From assembly GCA_964601305.1 (NCBI GenBank), contig CAZRMW010000005.1, positions 1 to 52,136 on the forward strand: DNA of 52,136 bases. Direction: 5' to 3'. Origin of the DNA: an uncultured Candidatus Saccharibacteria bacterium (lineage in GTDB: Bacteria > Patescibacteriota > Minisyncoccia > JAHISW01 > Tagabacteraceae). The notes beneath the pieces are model-generated. The model did no database searches, was not told the origin of the DNA, and worked only from the letters and a program-made list of their open reading frames with translations. Made by a program: the position numbers and the translations under genes. This document shows positions 1-6,634 of this stretch, piece after piece; the first letter of the stretch is position 1, and the number at the start of each line of letters is the position of its first letter.

Positions 1-268
1 CTTCAACTTCTTTTCTTCCTTCTTCGTTTTCTTGTTCTTGTTCTTTGTCCAACTTCAAAAGAAGTGTTTCAAATTCACCAACATGTGTTTTCTCTTCTTT
101 TGCAATATCAAGCATTACTTTTTTAATATCCTCATTGTCTGTGGAAGCTGCCAATTGTTCATAAAGACTTACGGCATCTAGCTCAGCTATCATACCTATT
201 CTTAAAATTTCTTTGTCTTTGTCTGTAGGATTTACTTTACTTAAGTCTATTGGAAATTGTGAAAGCAT
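1..268 (-). CDS. Ferritin-like / encapsulated-ferritin (EncFtn)-like protein; C-terminal part lies beyond the window edge
   Basis: Not in the ORF track because it runs off the left edge. The reverse strand from ATG (268-266) reads MLSQFPIDLSKVNPTDKDKEILRIGMIAELDAVSLYEQLAASTDNEDIKKVMLDIAKEEKTHVGEFETLLLKLDKEQEQENEEGRKEVE... The ELDAVxxYEQ ... STD ... EEKxH pattern resembles the metal-site helices of EncFtn/rubrerythrin-like proteins. Confidence 0.55.
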   Translation of the reverse strand, partial: MLSQFPIDLSKVNPTDKDKEILRIGMIAELDAVSLYEQLAASTDNEDIKKVMLDIAKEEKTHVGEFETLLLKLDKEQEQENEEGRKEVE

Positions 269-334
269 ATTTTTATTTGTTTAATATTAATAATCTAAAT
301 TATACTAAATTTTTTCAAAGAATTTAAGGGCTTG

Positions 335-643
335 ACCCCGCACCTTTTTATTATTTATGATTATTTCATTATGTATCATGTTTATATTTTAAAAAGTTTA
401 AAAACTCAAGGTAAATTGTATATTGGATATACAAAAAATATGAAAAAGAGGCTTGAGCAACATAATAATGGTGAATCAAACTTTACAAGAAAACATCTTC
501 CTTGGAAATTGGTATATTGTGAATCTTTTTTATCTTTAGAAGACGCAAAAAGAAGAGAAAAGAGCTTAAAATATTTTGGGAAAGCATACGGCCAATTGAA
601 AGGAAGGATAAAAGATTCTCTGAATACGTAAAAGGTGCGGGGT
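335..643. repeat. 14-bp perfect inverted repeat bracketing the GIY-YIG CDS
   Basis: ACCCCGCACCTTTT (335-348) and its exact reverse complement AAAAGGTGCGGGGT (630-643). Each arm abuts a TTGAC motif (332-336, 643-647). Confidence 0.85.
371..631 (+). CDS. Small stand-alone GIY-YIG nuclease domain protein (UPF0213-like)
   Basis: ORF 332-631. The likely start is ATG 371: MYHVYILKS..GKLYIGYTKNMKKRLEQHNNG...PWKLVYCESF...DAKRREKSLK, which carries the GIY...YIG, Arg and Glu core motifs. Confidence 0.8.
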   Translation: MYHVYILKSLKTQGKLYIGYTKNMKKRLEQHNNGESNFTRKHLPWKLVYCESFLSLEDAKRREKSLKYFGKAYGQLKGRIKDSLNT

Positions 644-670
644 TGACAATTTTCTATATATTTGTATAAT
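643..670 (+). promoter_or_regulatory. Sigma-70-type consensus promoter
   Basis: TTGACA (643-648), 16-nt spacer, TATAAT (665-670). It points into the leader of the 926-2680 gene. Confidence 0.5.
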
Positions 671-715
671 AGCTAATAAATTAGTTAGTTTCTTTGACTT
701 TTAAATAATTTAAGG

Positions 716-848
716 AAGGAGGTGAAAAACACGCAGTACACCCGAAAGGGTGAGGCAAAGGTTTCGCGACCTAATCCTGCTCTTTTGGGCAATCTTGAAT
801 GGAGTTTTTATTATATATTGAAGGATCGCGATTTCCGCCTGAGGCGGA
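716..848 (+). promoter_or_regulatory. Structured GC-rich 5' leader (unclassified cis-RNA candidate)
   Basis: Orphan SD-like AAGGAGGTG (716-724) with no start codon at usable spacing. CACCC-GAAA-GGGTG hairpin (739-752). TCGCGACC (764-771) pairs with GGaTCGCGA (823-831). TCCGCC-TGA-GGCGGA hairpin (834-848). Confidence 0.4.
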
Positions 849-925
849 TAAATTTTCTAAAATTTTTTTGAAATGATTTTATGAGCCCTAAATCACTTTT
901 CAGGTGGTCGGGTGAGGAGGAAGCG

Positions 926-2680
926 ATGGATAATGCGATAAAAAAAGCAATGGAAAAGGCTGAAAAGGCAAAGGCAGCCAAAAATCCTTTTGGATTGAGC
1001 TTGAATCTGGCCGATTTGGTGGCTGCCGAGCAGACCCCGGAAGACATTGCCAAAGCAAAAGCTAAAGCCGAGGCAGAGAAAAATGCCAAGGCCGAGGCAG
1101 ACGCCGAAGCACGTGCCAAGGCCGAAGAAGAGGCTAGGGCAAGAGAGGAGTTCCAGAAGAGACTTTTAGGGGAGCTTCCCATGGCTTGCGTCAAGCGGGA
1201 GAGCTTTCGTGGTGTTGCTGGAGGGGAAAAAAATTTTTCTCTTTACGACAACGCTATTGCTCAGATGCTTCGGGAGACTTTGGCGGCCAGATCCGGAACC
1301 GGTGAGATTGCCGTTGGCGTTTATATGGCGCTGTCCCTTGGCACTTTTTATGCTAAGGAAGACAAGGTGCCGGAGGGAATCAAGCGCGCTTCGGCCAAGA
1401 TTTCTGACATCGATGTGCTTTTTGCCGACCTGGTTGGAAAAAGATGCATGAATGTGTCGTCCAAGAAACCGAAAGGAAGGTATTGGCAGATCGGTGCTGG
1501 CCTCAAGGCTAGGTATTACACTCTGCCTCATCAGATTCCCAACGGATTGTACGGCAAGGTCTGCGATGGTCTCAATACCATCGTGAACGGTATTGTCGGA
1601 GAAATCCGACAGGCCAAGGCCGACGCCAAGGCTGAAGCCGAGGCAAAGGCCACCGCCAGTGGGTGGGTCGCCGACATTGTTGCGGGCCAGGTAGGCTTCT
1701 ATTTGCTGAGTCTTCATCCGCATACCGAAACCAGAGAGATCCCCATGGTTTATTCAGGTGGACCCAAAAAAGGGAAGCCGATCATGGTCAAGGACAAGGA
1801 GACCGGCGAGGAAAGGCAGAAAACTCGGCTGGAGACTTTTGTTCCTGAATTTGTGCTTCGTCGCGAAGGTGCCATGTTGATGGAAGTGTCTGCGGACGGT
1901 ACCACCCTTGTTCCCCATGTGGGTTTCGGGTGGTGTGAACGACCTGTGAGGGATGCAGTGGAATGTCGGATCAAGCTCAAAATTTCGGATTTGGATTTTT
2001 CCTTGGAGCGCCCTCCGCGTTATCCGGGCAGGCGTGAGCATGACGGCAAAGACTGGAAGGCAGCCTTGAAGCTCTGGTACTGGCTGCGTGACATTGCAGC
2101 TTACCAGGAGCTTGTCGGAAATACTGCCGAGGCCGAGGCTGATTACAATGAGGCTAAGGCTGTCAAACAGGCCACCCTGGAAGACATCGTTCTGAAAGGT
2201 GTCGAAGGTCGGGCATTTGTGCCGCTTCCGGACATTATGGGTCGTCCGTGGGAGCTTATCAGAGCCGGTGGATCCTTTTCGAAGAAGGGTCGCGAAGGTG
2301 GCGAGATCTTTTTCGACAAGGTCGTCAATTGTGGCATCTGGCTTAAGCGCCTTGAAGGTGGACGGCTCTACGTCTCCGATGTAGTGGGTCCCACAATCTG
2401 GTGCGAGGCTTTCAAGTCCTACTTCCGTTTTGCAGAGCAGGATCCCGAGGCTGACAATCTAGATCACGTCGACAGCCAGATTCACGGTCTTCCTATGACA
2501 ATTTTCCGGCTTGTTTCGGCTAAGCTGGAAACGGAGGCTAAAGCCAGGCGTAAGGCCGAAAAAAAGGTTGCAGACGAAAAGAAAAAGATGGAGTCCAAAA
2601 AACCGGCACCGAAAAAGGTTGCGTCCAAAGCCAAAAAACCGGTATCAAAAAAGGCTGTACCGGCTGAAGCTCCAGCATAA
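926..2680 (+). CDS. Orphan 584-aa protein in GC-rich DNA; Ala/Lys/Glu-rich N-terminus and Lys/Pro/Ala-rich H1-like C-terminal tail; no recognisable domain
   Basis: ORF 881-2680. SD GAGGAGG (914-920) sits 5 nt before the in-frame ATG 926. It has its own promoter and terminator. Third codon positions are GC-rich, unlike the neighbours. Confidence 0.7.
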   Translation: MDNAIKKAMEKAEKAKAAKNPFGLSLNLADLVAAEQTPEDIAKAKAKAEAEKNAKAEADAEARAKAEEEARAREEFQKRLLGELPMACVKRESFRGVAGGEKNFSLYDNAIAQMLRETLAARSGTGEIAVGVYMALSLGTFYAKEDKVPEGIKRASAKISDIDVLFADLVGKRCMNVSSKKPKGRYWQIGAGLKARYYTLPHQIPNGLYGKVCDGLNTIVNGIVGEIRQAKADAKAEAEAKATASGWVADIVAGQVGFYLLSLHPHTETREIPMVYSGGPKKGKPIMVKDKETGEERQKTRLETFVPEFVLRREGAMLMEVSADGTTLVPHVGFGWCERPVRDAVECRIKLKISDLDFSLERPPRYPGRREHDGKDWKAALKLWYWLRDIAAYQELVGNTAEAEADYNEAKAVKQATLEDIVLKGVEGRAFVPLPDIMGRPWELIRAGGSFSKKGREGGEIFFDKVVNCGIWLKRLEGGRLYVSDVVGPTIWCEAFKSYFRFAEQDPEADNLDHVDSQIHGLPMTIFRLVSAKLETEAKARRKAEKKVADEKKKMESKKPAPKKVASKAKKPVSKKAVPAEAPA

Positions 2681-2705
2681 CTCTTAACTTCCCCAACGGG
2701 AAAAT

Positions 2706-2749
2706 AACCCCCTCATCTTCGTAAGGAGATGGGGGGTTGCTTTATTTTT
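2706..2749 (+). terminator. Rho-independent terminator
   Basis: AACCCCCtCATCT (2706-2718) pairs with AGATGGGGGGTT (2727-2738), with one bulge, followed by GCTTTATTTTT. Confidence 0.75.
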
Positions 2750-2823
2750 AGGCGCGTGTTATAAGTTGTTTAAGTTGTTATTTGAAAATGGAATTTTTTT
2801 GAGAAGAAAGAAAGGAAAATACT

Positions 2824-3501
2824 GTGAAAAAATTACTTAGAAATTTTGTTAGTGATCTTTTTGGATTTCAAAAAGAATTAGATTTAGCAAAGAAGACTAT
2901 TATTGATTTAAGTAAAAATAAAGAAAGACCTAAAGCGATTGTTTTAGTAGATTTTGAGAATATGTTTAAATCTTTGGAAAGCCTTGGTGCAGAACTAGTA
3001 AGTATAGAAAAAGGCTTTCAAGGTCTTTCTAATTTTGTAAGAAACATTACTCGTGGTGAAGGATATGATATCTCTTATTTTTATGTATTTTCTCCTGACA
3101 CAATGTCTACAGAAGCAAAGGGGTGGCTTAATCATCTTTATAGTACAGTAAATATTGTCGATTTTGCTTCTATGGTTATGCCTTGTCCATCTCGTTGGAC
3201 AATGAAAGGAAATTACGTAAAAGAGGTTGATAGCGTTGATTGGAAAATGACTTTTTTAGGGATGCGTTTAATAAGAGACTTAAAAAAGATAGATAGAATC
3301 TATGCTGTTACTGGCGATTGGGATTTTTCAGATCTGAGAAGCGATGCTGAAATGCATGGTGTTGACTGTAGAATTCTTAAAGTTAGGCAAGATGATTTTG
3401 CCAAAAATTATTTCCGTGCTTGGGGTGGGGCGGGAGATATAGACCACCTTGAGGAATTTATTCCACCGGAAGAAGAGGAGGTTGTAATTGAATCAAAATA
3501 A
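2824..3501 (+). CDS. NYN/LabA-like (PIN-like) nuclease domain protein
   Basis: GTG start. The acidic motifs occur in NYN order: IVLVDFENM, EVDSVDWKM, TGDWDFSDL (GDxDF). Confidence 0.6.
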   Translation: MKKLLRNFVSDLFGFQKELDLAKKTIIDLSKNKERPKAIVLVDFENMFKSLESLGAELVSIEKGFQGLSNFVRNITRGEGYDISYFYVFSPDTMSTEAKGWLNHLYSTVNIVDFASMVMPCPSRWTMKGNYVKEVDSVDWKMTFLGMRLIRDLKKIDRIYAVTGDWDFSDLRSDAEMHGVDCRILKVRQDDFAKNYFRAWGGAGDIDHLEEFIPPEEEEVVIESK

Positions 3502-4102
3502 ACAGAAAGGGCAAAAATTTTTGTCTCTTTGTAAAGGATTTTTGGTAGTTTTAGAATCTAAATTCGATAAAACACAATCAGCGGGACGGTTTTTGAAAGA
3601 AGGTGTGAGCACAGACGACATATTGTTTTCTCACAATCTAGAGAGAGGTCAGGAAGAAAAACTCGGTCAAATTTGGCACCCTGGAGAAATTTGCGTTGAC
3701 GGTAACAATGACGAGTTTGTAGCTTTTAAAATTGTTACAAATGGCCTAGAAAAATCTGACGACTATCCTCCGTTTATGCTGGTCTTTCAGCGAAGAGGAT
3801 GTCTAGCAGTTTGTGCAAGATTTAACGACGAACAACCTTATTTTGGGTTTGAAAATAAGTCTGGATATTTACCACTTGGATTTCCAGGAATATCCGGAAA
3901 ATTTAATCCGCTTTTTGTAAAAATTCGTCCAGCAAAAAAATCAGAATATGATGAATTTTTCTTGAAGATTGTAGCCACTGAACACAAAGAAGACGACGAG
4001 GAGTATGTAATAGTTGTAGCTGTAGAGATTGGTAAAAAAGACGTTCCTCAAGGTCTTTTGGACCATACCTTTGATAGTGAATTTTTAAGAAATAGACAGT
4101 AA
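3488..4102 (+). CDS. Hypothetical protein, translationally coupled to the NYN gene
   Basis: TTG start lies 14 nt inside the end of the upstream ORF. 204 aa with no recognisable motif, followed by a strong terminator. Confidence 0.55.
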   Translation: MNQNKQKGQKFLSLCKGFLVVLESKFDKTQSAGRFLKEGVSTDDILFSHNLERGQEEKLGQIWHPGEICVDGNNDEFVAFKIVTNGLEKSDDYPPFMLVFQRRGCLAVCARFNDEQPYFGFENKSGYLPLGFPGISGKFNPLFVKIRPAKKSEYDEFFLKIVATEHKEDDEEYVIVVAVEIGKKDVPQGLLDHTFDSEFLRNRQ

Positions 4103-4120
4103 AATTCTTTTTGGATTAAT

Positions 4121-4170
4121 AAAACTCTGCAATGCGCAAAATGCGCGCGTTGCAGAGTTTTTTGTTTTTT
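4121..4170 (+). terminator. Rho-independent (bidirectional-type) terminator
   Basis: AAAACTCTGCAA (4121-4132) pairs with TTGCAGAGTTTT (4150-4161), followed by a T-run. Confidence 0.8.
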
Positions 4171-4209
4171 TAGCTTGTTTTTTAAGTGGATTTTTCGTAT
4201 ACTTGAAAT

Positions 4210-6114
4210 GTGGTAAAAGCTACTAAAAAGAAAAATAAAAGCCCCGCCGAGCGGGATAAAAAGAAAAAACCAGGGATGATGTCGTTTGGTAATCATATGA
4301 TTACCGCCCTTTTTGTGATAATGTTAATCGTCTTTGTTTATTCATTGGTGGCAGAGCAGGCAAATCAAAAAGAAGAGATTTCTATTTCGGATTTGGCTAG
4401 GGAAATAAACATCGATAATATTTCAAAAATTATTGTAAAAGGGGATGTACTTGAAATTACTTTTAAAGAAGGTGAAGAAAAAATTTCTAAAAAAGAAGTA
4501 GAAAATTCTCTTACAGAAACTCTTGCTAATTATGGTGTATCAAGCGAAAAACTTTCGACTGTAAATATAGATATTAAAAATCCGTCTGGGTTTTTGTTTT
4601 GGTTGGGCACGCTCCTTCCGTTTCTTTTGCCAATTTTCTTTATTCTTATTTTCTTTTGGTTTATAGCAAGGCAGGCAAAGAGCAGCGCGCTCCAGGCTTT
4701 TAGTTTTGGTAAATCCAAAGCACGAATCATACAACCAGACGACAAAAAAGAAAAAGTTAGTTTTAAAGATGTAGCTGGTGTAAAAGAGGCCAAACAAGAG
4801 CTTTTAGAAATAGTAGATTTTCTTAAAAACCCTAAAAAGTTTTTAGATATCGGCGCGCGTATTCCCAAAGGGGTGCTTCTTATGGGGGCGCCAGGTACAG
4901 GGAAAACATTGCTTGCTCGTGCAGTTGCTGGAGAGGCAGGTGTGCCGTTTTTTCATATTTCTGGTTCAGAATTTGTAGAAATGTTTGTGGGTGTAGGAGC
5001 TTCTAGGGTAAGGGACTTATTTAAACTGGCTAAGAAAATGTCTCCAGCAATTGTGTTTGTAGACGAGATAGATGCAGTAGGAAGGCACAGGGGTACGGGG
5101 CTTGGCGGCGGGCACGATGAGAGGGAACAGACTCTTAATCAAATTTTGGTAGAGCTAGATGGATTTGAGCCACACGAAAAAGTAATTGTAATGGCGGCTA
5201 CAAACAGGCCAGATGTTTTAGATCCTGCACTTTTGAGGCCAGGAAGGTTTGATAGACGAGTTATTTTAGATTTGCCAGATATCTCAGATAGAGAGGAAAT
5301 TTTAAAAATTCATTCCAGAAAAAAACCATTATCAAAGGGGATTGAATTTAGAAGAATAGCGGAGCGTACACCTGGATTTTCTGGAGCGGATTTGCAAAAT
5401 CTTATGAATGAAGGAGCTATTTTGGCTGCGCGCACAGACAGAAAAGAAATAACGCAAGACGATCTTATAGCATCTATCGAAAAGGTAATGCTTGGGCCTG
5501 AGAGGAAAAGCCATATTTTAAGCGAAAAAGAAAAGAAGATTTCTTCTTATCACGAAGCTGGGCATGCTTTGGTGGCAGCAGTTTTACCAGAAGCTGATCC
5601 GGTACACAAAGTTTCGATTGTTTCAAGAGGTATGGCGGCGGGGTATACTTTGAAGCTTCCTATTGAAGAAAAGCACTTGTATTCAAAATCTCACTTTTTG
5701 GCTGAATTAGCTGTAGCTCTTGGTGGGTATGCTTCAGAAAAAATTATCTTTGGCGAACTTACTACGGGAGCATCCAACGATCTTGAAAAAGCTACAGATA
5801 TAGCCAAATCTTTGGTAATGAGGTATGGTATGTCTGATGAAATAGGGCCAATTTCGTTTGGTGGTAGGCAGCAAATGGTGTTTTTGGGCAAAGATATTGG
5901 CTCGGAAAAAGATTACTCTGAAGAAGTAGCATCCTTGATAGATAAAGAAGTTTCTAAATTTTTGAAAGATTCTTATAAAGTGGCAGAAGATATTTTGAGG
6001 GATAAAAAAGAAGCACTGGATGTAATTGCAAATACACTTATAGAAAAAGAAAGCATAGAAAGAGATGGGTTTGAAAAGATGATGGCTGACTTTGGAATTG
6101 AAAAGAAAAAATAA
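4210..6114 (+). CDS. ftsH: ATP-dependent zinc metalloprotease FtsH
   Basis: N-terminal TM segments, Walker A GAPGTGKT, second region of homology, zinc site HEAGHA. The start is GTG 4210 or ATG 4276. Confidence 0.95.
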   Translation: MVKATKKKNKSPAERDKKKKPGMMSFGNHMITALFVIMLIVFVYSLVAEQANQKEEISISDLAREINIDNISKIIVKGDVLEITFKEGEEKISKKEVENSLTETLANYGVSSEKLSTVNIDIKNPSGFLFWLGTLLPFLLPIFFILIFFWFIARQAKSSALQAFSFGKSKARIIQPDDKKEKVSFKDVAGVKEAKQELLEIVDFLKNPKKFLDIGARIPKGVLLMGAPGTGKTLLARAVAGEAGVPFFHISGSEFVEMFVGVGASRVRDLFKLAKKMSPAIVFVDEIDAVGRHRGTGLGGGHDEREQTLNQILVELDGFEPHEKVIVMAATNRPDVLDPALLRPGRFDRRVILDLPDISDREEILKIHSRKKPLSKGIEFRRIAERTPGFSGADLQNLMNEGAILAARTDRKEITQDDLIASIEKVMLGPERKSHILSEKEKKISSYHEAGHALVAAVLPEADPVHKVSIVSRGMAAGYTLKLPIEEKHLYSKSHFLAELAVALGGYASEKIIFGELTTGASNDLEKATDIAKSLVMRYGMSDEIGPISFGGRQQMVFLGKDIGSEKDYSEEVASLIDKEVSKFLKDSYKVAEDILRDKKEALDVIANTLIEKESIERDGFEKMMADFGIEKKK

Positions 6115-6120
6115 TTTGGC

Positions 6121-6193
6121 GCGCTCGTAGCTCAACTGGCAGAGCGCAGAGCTTATACCTCTGTGGTTCCAGGTTCAAGTCCTGGCGAGCGCA
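6121..6193 (+). tRNA. tRNA-Ile with genomic UAU anticodon
   Basis: Hand fold: acceptor GCGCTCG/CGAGCGC, D arm GCTC-AACTGGCA-GAGC, anticodon arm CAGAG-CTTATAC-CTCTG (U33, anticodon TAT, A37), T arm CCAGG-TTCAAGT-CCTGG, discriminator A. CCA is not encoded. Confidence 0.8.
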
Positions 6194-6266
6194 CAGACAA
6201 AAATGAACTTTGACAATTAAACAGGCCATTTAATCTGGTTTGTTTTGCTATATTAGGAGGTTTAAC

Positions 6267-6440
6267 ATGATAGCTTTTTTTAGCGAAGATATAGTTTTTC
6301 CTAAATCAAGAGGTGTTGCTTTTGAATTTAATGACGATGATTTTTCGTTTTTAAAGAAAATAATCGAAGGTGCTGGTAGGCCAAATATTCTTATTGTACC
6401 TAAATCTTTCTTCGAAAAAATAAAAAAAGACAACCCGTAA
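6267..6440 (+). pseudogene. lon: Lon protease N-terminal domain fragment (upstream part of the frameshifted lon)
   Basis: AGGAGG (6255-6260) then ATG 6267. MIAFFSEDIVFPKSRGVAFEFNDDDFSFLKKIIE...ILIVPKS resembles the start of the Lon N domain. The frame closes at 6438-6440, just after an A7 run (6422-6428). Confidence 0.7.
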
Positions 6441-6634
6441 TAGGGGTAGCAAGTTCTATAAAAAGTTTTGAAGAAAATAGCAAAACTTTCCGTTTTTCTG
6501 GGTTAAAGCGGTTTAAACTGAGTGAAATATCAGAGCTTGCAGGTACATCTTTTTTTGAAGCCAAAGGAAACTACATTAATGAGGAAGCTATTCAAAGAGC
6601 AGATATAGAAATATATCACAAAACAGATCCTGCT

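Noticed and set aside
716-880. Perfect SD AAGGAGGTG followed by a possible 52-codon upstream ORF starting at the GTG inside the SD, or a 16S rRNA 3'-end fragment on the other strand.
   Set aside because: The GTG overlaps the SD itself, so spacing is zero, and no ATG/GTG/TTG lies 5-10 nt downstream. Similarity to the 16S end is limited to the anti-SD complement. It is treated as part of the structured leader.
811-2384. Many long ORFs antisense to, or in alternative frames of, the 881-2680 gene (811-1194, 1166-1723, 1209-1451, 1663-1848, 1750-2041, 2143-2384).
   Set aside because: They all lie inside the GC-rich segment, where stop codons are rare in every frame. They lack SDs and give low-complexity or Arg/Ser/Pro-rich translations. 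The sense ORF has the SD, promoter and terminator.
6038-6229. 63-aa minus-strand ORF.
   Set aside because: It spans the tRNA-Ile gene and the end of ftsH, so it is an artefact of the tRNA sequence.
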